64,000 bases of DNA from Tubiluchus corallicola. Taxonomy: Eukaryota; Animalia; Priapulida. The stretch covers positions 744,001 through 808,000 of the forward strand of contig JAQGDQ010000028.1 in the NCBI GenBank assembly GCA_030141605.1. Direction: 5' to 3'. The stretch's first letter is position 1, and each line of letters opens with the position of its first letter. Positions 49,104 to 63,012 of the stretch are shown here, piece by piece. The notes under the pieces are model-generated. The model did no database searches. It was not told where the DNA came from and was given only the letters and a program-made list of their open reading frames with translations. The position numbers and the translations under genes were made by a program.

Positions 49104-50099
49104 ATGGAGGAATATTATGCGGAAGATTATTCATATCCATATCCAGAAGACTACAATTATTCATATCCATATGACGATTATTACGAGTCTTATGATTATG
49201 ACGAGAAACTGAGCATCACATCAGGTACAGTCATCTTGATAATTGCGATCATTGGTTTTGTCCTTAACTTCATTGTGATCATCATGCAGATCATTAATGC
49301 CACATACAGAAGTTCAGTGACAAATTCAGGACTGTTGGTGTTAAATTTGGCCATTGCAGATTTTATCAGTTGTGGAGGAGATCTCTTGCTTATACGCACT
49401 GAACGTATACATCACGAATGGCTATTCAGTGAAGGAGCCTGCCGGTTCAACCGGCTTTTTCGGTCCGGTACCCACTCGTTCGTCATTGCTTACACCATTG
49501 TGTTCATGGTCATCGATCGGTGCATTGTGGCAAAGACAGGAAGCACACGGCTTCGCATTTGGAATCCAATTGCAATGTTTGTATGTTGGGTTTTGGGGAT
49601 TGTCGGGTTCATTGTAATACCACTTCATACCAGTGTAGATGAGATAGATGGAATAAAATATTGTGAATATCACGACGATCCGCCTCCCGTGTCTGGTGCA
49701 ATGCTCTCCGAATTCATCGTATCCTACATTATTCCTTTCATTATACAAGTTGTATTGTGGTTGCTAATCATCAACTTCAAGTCTAGTAACAAGTCCAACA
49801 GGTTGAATGGAGACGAGGGAGAATGTAGCGCTTGGATTGACGTTACATTCATATTAATATCATTTGCGTTCATCTACCTTATTGGTCCCATTATGATTCT
49901 AGGAGTTATAGCGCAAGCTGAAGCAGGACAAGAGATTTCTTTGTTCACGTTTCAGCTGCTGCTTTGGCTGTATTACGCTAATGTGGTAGTAAGGCCTGCG
50001 GTAATACTGACCGTAGGATATAAGATTGTGTGGTTGTCAAAAAATTCCAGCACCACGAACGATAAAGATCCAGAAAAGAGTTCTAAACAAATTCAGTGA
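49104..50099 (+). CDS. Orphan rhodopsin-like (class A) GPCR, 331 aa, intronless CDS
   Basis: Seven hydrophobic segments; TM1 GxxxN, TM2 LNLAIAD, ECL1 WLF..C, TM3 DRC, TM4 W, ECL2 C, TM5 YIIP; acceptor tttttcag at 49018; AATAAA at ~50154. Confidence 0.9.
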   Translation: MEEYYAEDYSYPYPEDYNYSYPYDDYYESYDYDEKLSITSGTVILIIAIIGFVLNFIVIIMQIINATYRSSVTNSGLLVLNLAIADFISCGGDLLLIRTERIHHEWLFSEGACRFNRLFRSGTHSFVIAYTIVFMVIDRCIVAKTGSTRLRIWNPIAMFVCWVLGIVGFIVIPLHTSVDEIDGIKYCEYHDDPPPVSGAMLSEFIVSYIIPFIIQVVLWLLIINFKSSNKSNRLNGDEGECSAWIDVTFILISFAFIYLIGPIMILGVIAQAEAGQEISLFTFQLLLWLYYANVVVRPAVILTVGYKIVWLSKNSSTTNDKDPEKSSKQIQ

Positions 50100-53000
50100 A
50101 ATTAATTTGCAACGACTTTTGAAAGCCAACTAATACTTACTTCCGGTTGACAAAATAAATACTTAATATATTTGAAAATGTATTTTCTTTACGCTTAATA
50201 CATTGTAGTTCATGTGATACCAGTAATTAACACTTTATCAAATGTCATGTTTCTGGTACATTCTGATATATTTCTTAAACTATGCAGTTCAAACAATCCC
50301 AAGTCATAAGTCACAACGAATTAAATAATTAGAAGGAAGCATATTTTCATTATTGCACAAAAGAGTGGTTCTCATTTTTGACAACAAATGTCAAATGACT
50401 TCTGGCCATATATGATTATCTTCTTTGTACCTTGCCTTTGAAATAATACTTTTATTAGTTCTTGAAAGACCTCTTAATATTTTTACTATTTACTGTATAT
50501 AGTGTATATAATGCAATGCACAAAGTAATAGACTAATCAATAATTAATAATAGTAAATAATTTATGGCCTAAGTAACATTCTTAATGCTAAGTGATATTG
50601 GCCGAACTGTTTCATATTCACTGTACTGTAAGCTATAGCAGTTTCATACTCTGTAACTCTGTACGTTCTGCACATATATACTCAATGTATCTAATTCGCA
50701 ATAATTTTTGGTATTTCAGGTATTTATAAATGAGTGTAATATTAATGTTCATTATAATAATAGTAACAATAATAATATTTAAAAGTAACATTCATACGTA
50801 ACAGTTCATTTTATTATTACAATTAGTGTGTATCTCAAATATAGCAAGATCTGTATTTCTCATTTTAATACAACAATGTGTTATTAGTACACACTTGTAA
50901 AAATGTATCATTATTTTTGAACTCAGCTTTGTATAGTAAACTATCTTTTGCACTTTATTTAACCTCCTAGGCCTAGGTCTAGTCAAGTTGCAGAAAAATA
51001 ACCCATTTGCTTTTATTATGATTTGGCACGCAAATAAAAACTGAAAATACACAATTTATACAAGTCACCTAAGGCATCAAACAGGCAGTTTAAACAAAAG
51101 CAAAAGCAAAAGTTTCATTTTTCTACATCTTGTAAGAAAAAATTTATTAACTTCAAGTTCTACTTAGTACTATAGTTAGGACATTTCATGCCCAAACAGA
51201 CAACATTTAACGTGAAAAGCTGTTAAGTATTGTAAACGAACATTGAGATTTAAGAACACAAGAGTAAGTAGCTAACGGCAGAAAAAGCGGGTGCAACATT
51301 TGACTTCTGCTAATCACCATGATACCTCAGGCAAATAAACAGAAAAACAACGGCTATCTAAACAGACAAGGAGGATTGCCAGATGGTGTGAAAGATTACT
51401 GATCTCCACAAACACCCGAGTGCGCATAGGCGAGTGAATGTGCCAGAAAACGGTGCTTTGCTAGAACACACCAAACGGTTTGACTGTAACCTCGAATATG
51501 AATTTTACACCGACAAGCACCTGTTAGGCTGTAAAACATTTATAACTGGAAAAAGAAACAACTGCTATGCCCGAGAAGTGTAATACAGGAATCCGAAGAG
51601 TGTTTTTCTGTAGCTGGTATGACAAAGTTTGCACATTATATGCATACAAACAAAGCCTGGAACAAAATTATCTACTAAGAAATAAACCAACTTAAACAAA
51701 AGTAAGACTTTAACAAAGAAAATTTCATATAATACGAAGTCTTTTAACTGTGTAGGATGTGTAAGCATAAATATATGTAGTTATATAGCATACGTAAAAT
51801 CTGTAATGGTTCTGTTATGACAGCTCACAGGAATTCGCTTACACAAGCTAGTGGTTAGCATAAACCAATTCACGACTCTTCAGGAATATTTGAGATTTTA
51901 ATGAACCTAGCACATAGAAATATCTACTGGTCAATGTACCACATCAAATTTCACCTCAGTTTACTCAGTGGGGCTTGATTATTTCAGATTTACATACATA
52001 TAAGAGATTAAAAAACACAACACCAAAGGGCACGCATGGTCAACAAGCACCCTAAGACAAGAAGCAAACTTGCAAACTACCTTCTCGCACAAAGAATGTT
52101 ACACTAAAAACATTTATAGATGGAAACAACATCTGTGCCTGCTGCTGTCTGGCTGTGTCTGCATGGTAATTTTACAACTGCTTGCACTTGAAGTTAGCAA
52201 AGAAACTCCGCTTCATTTTTTGTACATTTTTTGAACCTGAACTCCCTTTGACATAAGGTGAATAAAGAAAAACAGGACTATTTTCAGGCCATACCATTAC
52301 CTATAATCAAAAGTACGTATCTTCCTACTACTTCAGATGTCATTTGAACTCACTTCACATTTTGGAAATGTAAGTGGGCAATCCACATATTGGCCCATGG
52401 ACTACTTAGTTTCTTAGAAGACAGCCTGACATTTAGAACACAATAATAACAAATTCAAGCTTTTTATAGGTCTATTATTAACTCTTCAGTTTTGTTAGGG
52501 TCAATATCCAATAAAGTAAGTTTTAAGAGAAAGGATCTTAATGTATTTACAGTCTGACAGAATTATCATCAGTACACTGACAAAGAAAAATAAAATCAGG
52601 TCGTCAGCAACAACTGAACCCAGGAACCTCTGATTACTCATCAGACTTGATAATCATGACACCACCAATGCACTGAATTACTTCACCCCTTGTAAAGATA
52701 CATATGCCAAAAATCCTCTTACTACATAAAAATCCTTTTGTAACTAGCAGAATACTCAAATTTGTATATTTAATGAAAATTCTGGTTTGAAAATACAGGT
52801 GCATATTAACCCATATGCTAACTAGGCTATAACCTAGGGCACCACATTTTAGGCGCCCAATTTTAAAAAAATTCTTATTCTCCTCGGAAAATGCGTATCC
52901 GTTCATATTCCTGTAAAGCCAGCATTGTATAACACACCACAGTTAGTTCAGTTACTGAGTTCAGTAGTTATAAGTGAGACATAACAAACAACTACAAGGT

Positions 53001-53670
53001 TTCTTGTGTATGAGCACTGTTCATATACACGTAATTAGCAATGATCATGTAGACACTAGGTTAATAGTATTACTAATACACCACAAGTAATTGTTTAATC
53101 TGTTCAGTACATAATCAATCAGAAATTTACAATTAGAGATATGCAGGGCAGATTGTCAAGAAATCTACCTAGGGTGTCGTGAAGTCTTGATATGCCACTG
53201 GTATGACCTGACTCCATCTCCATGCTTTAACAGCCTCTGTTAGTATTAATTTGTTATAGGTCTACAGTACATGCAAATTATGGCTTGGTTCAGCAAAAAT
53301 TAAGGCAGCTCTGCCATCTGGTCGGCAAAATGTGAACTATAAATTATGTAAGTTATAGGCACCAAGGTAGTTTGACTGGAAATTGGAAATTAAAAAGCTA
53401 AAACTAGCACAGTAGAAAAAGTTACAATTCAGTGTAAAAGAAATAACCCAATAAAGCAATGACCCAATACACAAGCAATACTAAATTGGAAAGTCTGAAA
53501 AAATTTGCAACATAGCTTCCGTGCACAGTTGGTGTCAACTTGGTTGATGGGCAGGTAAGGATGTTATAAGTATGATTAAATTAACAAACTTATATCTTAA
53601 GTGTATATAAAGCAACCAGACTTGTAAACTACCCAATGCTGAGTCTGCACTAGGTTTACATAACAATAAC

Positions 53671-53719
53671 ATACACACACACATATACACAGATATATAT
53701 ATATATATATATATATATA
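53671..53719. repeat. (CA)n/(TA)n microsatellite
   Basis: Directly visible. Confidence 0.9.
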
Positions 53720-56063
53720 GTATTGAACATTTAATTTTGTTTATTGATATTTCTAGTAGATATAAATTTTTATTAACATTTAACTTTTAAACTTTTACAG
53801 GTGCATCTTAAGTTGTATGCCTTTTTTGAATATTAAATAAATATAATCGTACTCACCCTCACAGAAGGGCATACACATAGACACACGCACAATTAGTAAC
53901 ATGCAAGTACGTAAATGTATGACATAGCTTGTTTGGATCCTAACAAGGCAAAGTACCTAAGCTACATTTAGATATCAGCCTGAATGTGATTTCAATCGTG
54001 GAGTAGCATGGCTGGTAAAATCAGCCAGTAACAATTTCCCTGGTGGTTATCCAGGTCCAAAGTTGCATTACAACAATTACCATTACACACAAAGTAACAT
54101 CAATGACATCAGACATGCAGTCCACAGGGTGAGACATACTTAATTTTGAGACAACTACAATAAACTGTTAGAAAGTGTAAAATTCTTGCTTTGAAGATGG
54201 ATCCGCATACTAATAGCTATGAAATAGACTGGTACTGTAACTCTGCCAGGTCCGTAAATAGTGTCGTTTCATTCACATGTCTGTGACAGTGACTATTCAA
54301 CAGTACCATTAAACTTTGTTTAGCTTTTGTTTTTTATTATCTGTGTACTACTTAAGATGATAATGCATTAAATTCTTTTTTAAATACTAGGTAAATTAAA
54401 TACTAAGGCTCAACTCACATTGAATCCGGTTATTGCAGTTTTAATTAACACAATATAGACTATTCGTGTCACTTTGCACAAATCCTGTAGAGTATACATT
54501 ACAATTCAAATGTAAGTCATGAAGGAAAGGTACACCCTTTGTATATTATCTTTGATGTTTTTGTAATCACCAGTGTCCATCCTAATGTGTTTAAAAGTAA
54601 CTATGTTTGTTAACTATAAACCAAAATTTATCTTTTAGGTCCCAATAATAATAATAACATTACACGCAAAAAATAACTGAAGTTTAACTTACTATGTAAC
54701 GGTAGTCACATTTAGGTTCAAGTCAGGTTGAATGCTTCTCACCTTTAGCCTCAGGGTGGATTGTCAAAAAAGGCTATCACTCAGCTATAACAACAATAGC
54801 TTAAGTTGTACACCACTGTTTATTCTCATTTTCAATAACTCACACAGAAAGATTTTAGCACAACTAACATTGTCTTCAAACAACAATCAGTTAATCTTCT
54901 CCTCCTCCTGATCACTTTACCAAATTATCTCTACTCTTTCTTGATCATAATGACCAATGTAGTGATACGTGTTTCAAATCTTCAATACTACCATTAGTCA
55001 TTACAATGACAAATGCTTTGATTTTCATGAAATTTCCAACTATATAACGGATTTCACTTCAATTATCTCTTTAACCAACAAATCAGATTTCCAACTATCA
55101 TCCATCCAAACTTCATATCATGGTTGAGATTTCATGATAAATTAGTGATTAGTGGACTAGCTTTTGTGGATGCTATAGTTTGTTTTCAGAGAAAGAAAGT
55201 CATATGGGTCGGTCGTTTATTGAAAATAGATTATTTAAATTACTTGGTACATGTGCATTAATTAATTAATTATCACTACGACACTAGTAACAATACTACA
55301 TTTCTCAAAGGGTGGCTGACCTTGATAACTCATATTCATAGTCATGGTTGCTTTGCCACCCTTCACACTTTCAGCACTCAATTCAATAATCACTTTACAC
55401 TTTGTAATGCTACTGGTAATTGACTTTTGTAAAAATTATAAATTAATTGGTTACTTATCTTGTTAAAATGGTGAAAAATAAACTTGCTCACTTACTACTT
55501 ACATTATAAACATAAATCCCCCTGCCTGGGGAGTGTGCCCACTGAGTTTCATGAACCAAGCCCTGTGCGTGTGTGAGTTATTAAAGAAACAAAAAGGCAC
55601 AAATCATAATAATAACAACAGGGGGTAAATGAAGAAGATTCTGGCTCTGCTTAAACAAAAAAAAGTGTAAAACATACAGTACCGTTAATGCTTCAGAGAT
55701 ACAGCATGGCTCAATATTGTAAAACTAATCCGTAATTTCGACATTTTAATTAAGATAAGTTTGTTTCCTAATATATAAAATAAAAAGTTAGTATTTTAAC
55801 CAAAAAACAGTAAATATAATGTAATAATTTTGTTGAACGAATGCGCTTTGCGCCATAGAACATTTTCTTAACATTTTGGAATTTCAAAGAACGGTTCCTT
55901 TTTATTGAATATAATGGTGGAATCGTTTGCCAGCTTTAGTATTTACTCCTAACACGTGGGTGACGTCGTGGTCTTTCGGGCTTGTTGCTATTTTTCAGTG
56001 ATTAAAGTTTGGGATTTTATTGCTCAAGTAATTCAAAGTGTTTACATAAAGAAACGTTAAATA

Positions 56064-56093
56064 ATGCCTTCATCTACAAACATAGCGTCACAG
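56064..56093 (+). CDS. CCDC167: CCDC167 exon 1
   Basis: MPSSTNIASQ|gtgaaa. Confidence 0.7.
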
Positions 56094-59000
56094 GTGAAAT
56101 TTAGTACTTGCATTGAAAAAAGTTCATTTCCAAAATACTATAATTATGAATTTACGTATTATTACAATGTAGGCTGTTTGGCGCTGAGTAACCCACTACT
56201 GCACTAGCCGAAGTAGCACGCGTCTTACATGGGCTGCCCAAATAAGACACTAGAGACAGGCCACAAATTGAATCGTTAACCGTACTGGCAGCACCCGTTG
56301 TTCTTGTTTATTTAATGATATTAATAATAATTGAAAACGTCAAAAACGTTGAATAATTTATTATACATCTGGTAAAATAAAAGAATCTTATTTTGAGTTA
56401 GTAAAATGGCCGATATTAAATTTGGCTTCAATATTAATCTTTTTGAAGTGAAATAAGCCTATTTCTTAGGCGATTCCAACATTTACCCAAGGTATATCAT
56501 TTTTATTTTGTCAGACAGGTGATCCAGTTCACTACCTCTTGGACAAATAATTGTTTTCTACTAAGTAAATGGGCTAGCGAGCTAAGTGCCCTACATAGTT
56601 TCCATCTTTAAAACATTAGATACTTAGTTTAATGTTATGATGACTTAATGGAGCTAATAAAAATGATGATATCATTGTAAAAAATACATTGTAAATTGTC
56701 AAGGAGAATCCGTCATAATTACAAAGTACTTTTTTATAAAACAAATTTAGTTTTACGTTTCATTATGTCATAATTCTCGACAGAAATCGCCAGTGTCCTA
56801 CTTGGGCTGCCCATGTACGACACTTCTTTTCCGCAAATTTAGCACATGCATTTTACCGGAAGTGTCCTGCTTCAGCTAGTGGATTACTCGGTGCCCTACA
56901 TAGACCATTATTCATTACTGCAGTGAACAAGGTAGGACAATAAAGCTTACAAACGTATGGCTATTACTGCAACACACAAAGCAAAACAGTTAAGGTTTCA
57001 GAAAATACTCTGATTTTGGCTCAGGTATGGTACAGATTTAATCTTAGTGTTCAAAATCATATGTGTCTAGAGTTAATTCGGATAAAAGTGCAATGGTATG
57101 CTATAGACAATCTGATTTATCTTACTCTCAATCCTTGTAAAAGTTTGCACAAACCCTTTACTGACTTTAAGTTACGTATAAGGTCCCATGATAGAGTTGA
57201 CATCTAAAGTACGTATATCTGCTCTGTAGTTCTGTTTGGTTTAAAAAAGATTTATTACTAGTACTGTAGTAATAAAAACTATATGCATAGTACCTATCTA
57301 TCGATCTATATATATATATATATAGTACCAGTTGTACCATCAAATTTGTTCACACATATAGTGTTGCAAGTTGTGTGCATTTAGTTTCTTAACCTGTTCC
57401 AATACCAGTTCAGTTTAGAGGATTATACCTGATAATGAGATAGGTTCCAGTCCATCCACAATGTTTTCATTAAATAGAGTCTGCTGCTGATTAATGGATC
57501 TGGGCTTGTAGAGAAAAACTAGTGATAGCTTTGGCTGATGCTGTGATTATGATAATGATGATGTGAAATAATTGGGGCGACTATGATGATTAGATAAATA
57601 AACATCCTCACATTGACACTTGATTACAAGTAAAAAGTTTTGCAAACCTCTCCCTTCAAAGTAGACTATATATTTAGACATTGTGTAGCTACCCATTTTA
57701 AGGAAATGCAGGCTTATAAAAATAAAAACACTCAAATTTTCAGATTGATGAAATGGAGTCTGAGCTTAAATATTATAATAATAGATTGGAGGACATTGCT
57801 CGACGCTTACGACATGATGATACACTTTCCAATGTTCAAAAGTAAGTAAGTTTAATAATATTTTATTTACTACTTTATGGAAAGTTCTAATTTGTACCTG
57901 TAGATGACTAAGAAGAAAATGTATGTTATGTCAACAGTTTCTCGGATGTCTCTATGCATATCACTTACCTGTTGATAGACAAGCTTTTACGTTTGTTGAA
58001 GACATCAAAGCTGAGCTGAGACATGTTTTGGAGTTTTATTGCTGTTTTCAGAAAGAACCTCAGAGATGAAGAAGAGCTGATCAAGAGCGACAAAACTATG
58101 CAGGGTAAATTGTACAATGTTTTAAAAATGTGATTCACATTTTAAATTATAGGAAAACTCTTCATAAATAAAGTTGGAATTTTATATTATTTCAATTCTG
58201 TCTTATTACATGCGGTGCTGGAGGTAGTAGTAACACTGTATGAAACTTGTAAATTTAAACTCCTGTGATGACCATCAGGGGCATCAATTTTATGAGTAAG
58301 TCAGTATAGTAACATTGCGTAAAGTTTGAAAACATTATCAGAACATTTGTAGTACACTCTTCGCTAAGCAAAAATTGCATTGTCAGTAAGGTCAGTGAAC
58401 CATTGGTAAACACTGGGATTATGACACCAATTGGTGTGAACATTTTAAATTATTAAGAACTTTCTTTTTGACTTGCACTAGTGATACGAGTCCTTTAAAC
58501 AGGTAAACGCAATGCTAAGTAATATAACTTTTTCGGGATATACTTTAAAATTCCATTCCTTTCTCCTTAAATAACCTACTGTTGAAATGATAAAATTATA
58601 ATGCAAGTGTGCATTTTTTAAATACATTTACTAATGTTATGTTGCATCTCCTGTGTAACATGTATTACTAATATACGCATTTGAGCTCAATTTCCAAAGA
58701 CAAGCAAAGTCAATCACCAGAATACCAGAATATGCAAGGAAAGGAAGACAGTGCTCCGTCTTGCAGTGAATGGAAATCATTTTCTGATAAATTTCTGACA
58801 GTAAAAAAGTACAGTACGTGAAAAATGCATATGCAGTTTTTATACATGTATGTGCAGTGTGCAGAGCCTCTGAGTTTCTTGTTTATTTTTACACATTCCT
58901 AGTTCTGCAACATTAAAGTAAATTGTGATTTTCTAGAATTAAAACAAATTGTTTTTCAGAACAAAAAATACGGCACCTACGGCAGCAGAACTCACAGTCG

Positions 59001-59150
59001 TTCTACTTAGCACTATTATTGCTCATGTTCATCATGCTAGTCTACTACCTGCTTTGGGGAAAACCCCAATTTTCCACAGCTAGTGAAGTTTCAAGAGATC
59101 AGAGGTATGTGCAGCCGCCTCTGCAATGGAAAGGCCCTGAACACTCATGA
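56064..59150 (+). CDS. CCDC167: Coiled-coil domain-containing protein 167, 123 aa: join(56064-56093, 57744-57841, 58052-58104, 58960-59150)
   Basis: Spliced product MPSSTNIASQ|IDEMESELKYYNNRLEDIARRLRHDDTLSNVQK|KNLRDEEELIKSDKTMQE|QKIRHLRQQNSQSFYLALLLLMFIMLVYYLLWG...; coiled coil plus C-terminal TM helix matches remembered CCDC167 (EIDGLEEKL..RL...L+.E...LRQEN..TM); all phases consistent. Confidence 0.85.
56180..56900. mobile_element. MITE with imperfect ~75-bp terminal inverted repeats in CCDC167 intron 1
   Basis: ggcgctgagtaacccacta..gtcttacatgggctgcccaaataagacactag vs cagtgtcctacttgggctgcccatgtacgac..tagtggattactcggtgcc. Confidence 0.65.
57744..57841 (+). CDS. CCDC167: CCDC167 exon 2
   Basis: ttttcag|IDEMESELKYYNNRLEDIARRLRHDDTLSNVQ|gtaagt. 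Confidence 0.85.
58052..58104 (+). CDS. CCDC167: CCDC167 exon 3
   Basis: ttttcag|KNLRDEEELIKSDKTMQ|gtaaat; phase 2-1. Confidence 0.85.
58960..59150 (+). CDS. CCDC167: CCDC167 exon 4 (TM helix, stop)
   Basis: tttttcag|QKIRHLRQQNSQSFYLALLLLMFIMLVYYLLWGKP...HS*. Confidence 0.8.
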
Positions 59151-61452
59151 TCATGGATAAATTTCTGGGAAAAATTTGAAATTTGTGCCAACACGTGATT
59201 TTGTATTGTGATACTAGTTTCTGCTAATTGTAACAGGACAGTAATTACATGGGTGCAGTAAATACCTTTGTAAGAATGCAAACATGTGGCGCCATCTCTT
59301 GATAAGAAGCAGCTTTATAAAGCGTAGTTTTAATTTCAACATTTCCGTCAGATGACACTTCCTTTAGTAAAAAGAACATATACAGGGAATGTGTGCATTT
59401 TTAAGTATTGCAGCAATTAATAGAACTGGCCTACAAAGGTCATATTATGAGTTAAGAGAGCCAGTGCTACCAGATTACAGATTGTTTTGTCTTACAAAGT
59501 GTACGTCTGTTATGCATTCTTGTCTATGAAACTCAACTAGTTATAATTCCACTAAGATGGAGATAACTTTTGTTGTATCTAGCAATTGATTTTCTTGCCA
59601 AATCATATTAGGTATCTTCAAAGTTCATGAAGTTGCAACTGAAATACTTTATATGTCTCTATTGTTAGATTTTCTCCAGCTGTGACATGACGTTTTTCGT
59701 TACAAATGAACTTCTACAATTTGAGGTTCCGTGACTCCGTCTAAATTACTGTTATGACAAATATAACCAAGTACATGTTTTTTAACATATAAGCTCATTA
59801 ATTTGTATATATTTTGTGGTAACATAGTTGTTGTCTTTGTATGTTATCTTGTGCACAATTGATCAGTAACATTTTGTTTGCTTTTGAAACACGTTCTATT
59901 TTCAAACAGTGATGGTAATATTTTTATTCACATCACAAGGTTAAGCTTGTACAGTAACCCGACATTGGTGTTGGCCACCTGCCGTAACTATTAATAGTGT
60001 GGATACACGCAACTCTTCCATAAGTTTTGTTGTTTTCTACGATTTTTATTAAAAAATAAAATTGAACTATTCCTGCAGTCTTGTTCCTCACATTATTTGT
60101 ATTACACTACTTTTTGGTAATTTCTCATTACAAGAATTAAAGTAAAGAAAAATGTATTAAATGGTAGCCATCGCTATGCCTTTGGTTTGAGAGTACACTG
60201 CCACTAGTCTTCGACTGACGACAATGTTAATTTAGAGGTTAAAACCATGTGGTGCAGTTTTTTTCTAAACTTTTGTAGGGCGATTTAAAAAACTATAACA
60301 TTGAAAGACCTTCGTAATCTATTTTACTGTTTACGTTAATCACGAAATCAAAGGGGGAAAGAACCTGTTATAATTGAATGTAAGACCGCCCGCCCTATCC
60401 ACATTGTACACGATTACATCACAGTTGGAATCATCACCAGGAGTTCATAAAGCAGTTTTGCATAAGTTCATGAATAAGAACTATACTTACTAGGAATATT
60501 ATAGGAGTTGTACAACCATAAGCTTCAAATTACTAACTTACGTAGATGTGCCTACATGTTGTTGGGGTTGATGGAACATTCTGATTGTGTCTAGCACTAA
60601 AAGCATCTTTTAAGTCTAGTCATAAAACAGTTTTCAAATCTCCATTTGCATTTAAGAAGTGCAAGCCTCGAACTGAGTGTTTGGTCAAAATTTTCAAGTC
60701 GAGTCACTGATGCAACTAAGTTGGTACTCAAATCTACTCGGGCTAACAATTTTCTTACTCAGTTTTTGAAACTGTGCTGTTAAAGTAACAGAACTGTTGC
60801 ACAAACTTAATAATACAAGTACACAGTTTCTCTGAAATTTTTATCATTAATTACTGTTATTTATACACAAATCGAGTACAACGCTGACAAGCTACCAACT
60901 TGTCAAAATGTATGAAGTGTAGAAAATGCTAGAATATTTTTGAAAGAATTCAAGCAAACAAAAGCTCACAAAAGGTAATAACAACATTTGCCACTTGTTC
61001 CACACAAAATGGGCATTCTTCAACAGCTCACAAGCAACAAAAACAAGTCTTACTAATTTTAATCTTTTACAAAACAGTCCAAATCCTTAATTATGCATCA
61101 TATACATGACAGGCTGACAGCTAGCATTCTTGAACATCCCATTAAGCATTTATACTGTAGCTATAAACTTCCTTTTTGTTCTGGTTACAACCAGAAACTT
61201 CTATTGTCAATTATTACTTTAATACACTGATCAACAGTTTGTAAAAATATTTAAAAAATTGAATTCATCACTTTATCTGTGCAACACTAGCATGCTATAA
61301 CACTTGTGGTCAGTACTTGTAATTAATGACAACTTATCTTAGCAAAATGAACTCCAATATTTACAGATTACAAATGAAGAAAAACATTACTGTACAAAAT
61401 TCAAAGCTATTATCATAAGAACTTAACATTTTAACATCAAGTTCCATAAAAC

Positions 61453-61618
61453 ACAGTCGTCCAGAAAAAACGTTCCCTCATACTAACTCGTAAGTAAAGA
61501 TGTTTGCAAAAGAGATCTACATCATCAAGTAGGATGGTTACTCCTCTTTCCAAAGAGCTATCCACCAATGAAGGTTTACAAGTTAATTTCAGGGAGCATT
61601 TTTTTGGACAACCCTGCA
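61453..61618. mobile_element. Small Tc1/mariner-type MITE
   Basis: ~40-bp imperfect TIRs: cagtcgtccagaaaaaacgttccctcatactaactcgt vs acaagttaatttcagggagcatttttttggacaaccctg. Confidence 0.6.
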
Positions 61619-62479
61619 TATACCATGACTTATTTAGAACACAGGAATTATTGTTTCCAAATCTTGCTGACTATATGCCAAACATATTACTTTTCATGCT
61701 CACGACTGTCTAATATGCATCCAGTGAACCCAAAGTTTTGCTGTTATCGTAGCAGTTTGATGACACTCAAAGAGGAGTTCCTGCTCACAAACTGGATGTA
61801 AGCAACAAACATATTCACCAAGCACTTGCTGGCTACTGACACAGCATAGTATACACATAAGCAAATGCAAGACAGTGTTTGTAACATTCATTCACGTTAA
61901 AGCCTGCAGACAATATTTATAACAAATTTTTAGAACTGCACACATGACCATCATTCATCACACGGCTCCTGTCCATAGTGTTACAGTTGACGTTCCTGAT
62001 AAAGGTTTCGATCTGCAAAGTGGAGCAAAAAATACCATCATCAGGTACTTACTATTTATATTAATTATACTGTTAGATGATTAATTAGTTTAACCTTTCT
62101 CGGGATAGAACAATGTTTCTCTGGATAAAAATATTGACAAATTTGTAAAGCAAGGTGACACAAGCAAGTACTAGAACAGGTTAATGCAATAAATATAATT
62201 GGAATAGCCTGGTTACCTTTAGATAATAAACAGGTTGTAACAAAGGAACTCAAAATAGTATATACAATGATCAACATTCAAAAATAGCCTATTAAAGTAA
62301 AGCAAATTATTCAAAAAAGTCAAAAATAGCTATTGGATCCCTAATTGGCATTCCTTACAAAAACTTGCAGGTACATGTAATTCTACAGTTTGAAAACCAA
62401 AAGAACTCTCCAAAAAGTCTAATACTTTTTTGTATATTGCAGCACTCTGCAGGGTGAAATCCAGCATTTACAACAAGCC

Positions 62480-62560
62480 TTACTCATAATGTTTGTAATG
62501 AGACCAGAACCTGTCTCATTATCAAGGCCAACCCTCTGAGATGAAACAGTGAACCGGAAA
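62480..62560 (-). repeat. Old interspersed repeat; related copies at ~1985-2030 (+) and ~57430-57470 (+)
   Basis: Shared core taatgagNNaggttcNNgtc(tca). Confidence 0.45.
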
Positions 62561-63012
62561 AGGGTGTCTTAGCTAGCTGCTGCCTTCAGACATAAACAGA
62601 AATTGCACCCTCTCTTTGCAAGGAATTTTTTTTAACTTAATCAAAATTAATACTGGCAGTGCTCCAATCTTAAGCCACAAAATTCTACTGATGCTAATAA
62701 TATTATAATGATGAGCCTAACTTAAAAATAAAAACAAAAATACGTAAAGTGGTTAGTAACATTTTTTAAACTGCAACTACTGATGAAGAAAAAACACAGA
62801 AACTTGCTAACAATAAATAATTACCATAGGTCAGTAATTTAAGGAGCACATTTTAAAATGCAACAAATTCCATAACTGATTCACTGCATGCATAAAAATA
62901 TATCATAACATGTTAATAATAACATATTATAAAATTATATTGTATTTTAAAAAAAAATAGGAATTATAACAGACAACAGAAGCGTATTTGATTTTGTAAA
63001 CAAAAAAAAACC

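Noticed and set aside
51300-55860. Exon-like minus-strand segments (51520-51325, 52250-52080, ATGGCG at 55856)
   Set aside because: No consistent spliced ORF or recognisable protein could be assembled
61437-61619. 60-aa minus-strand ORF with an apparent acceptor
   Set aside because: Coincides with a small TIR-bounded MITE
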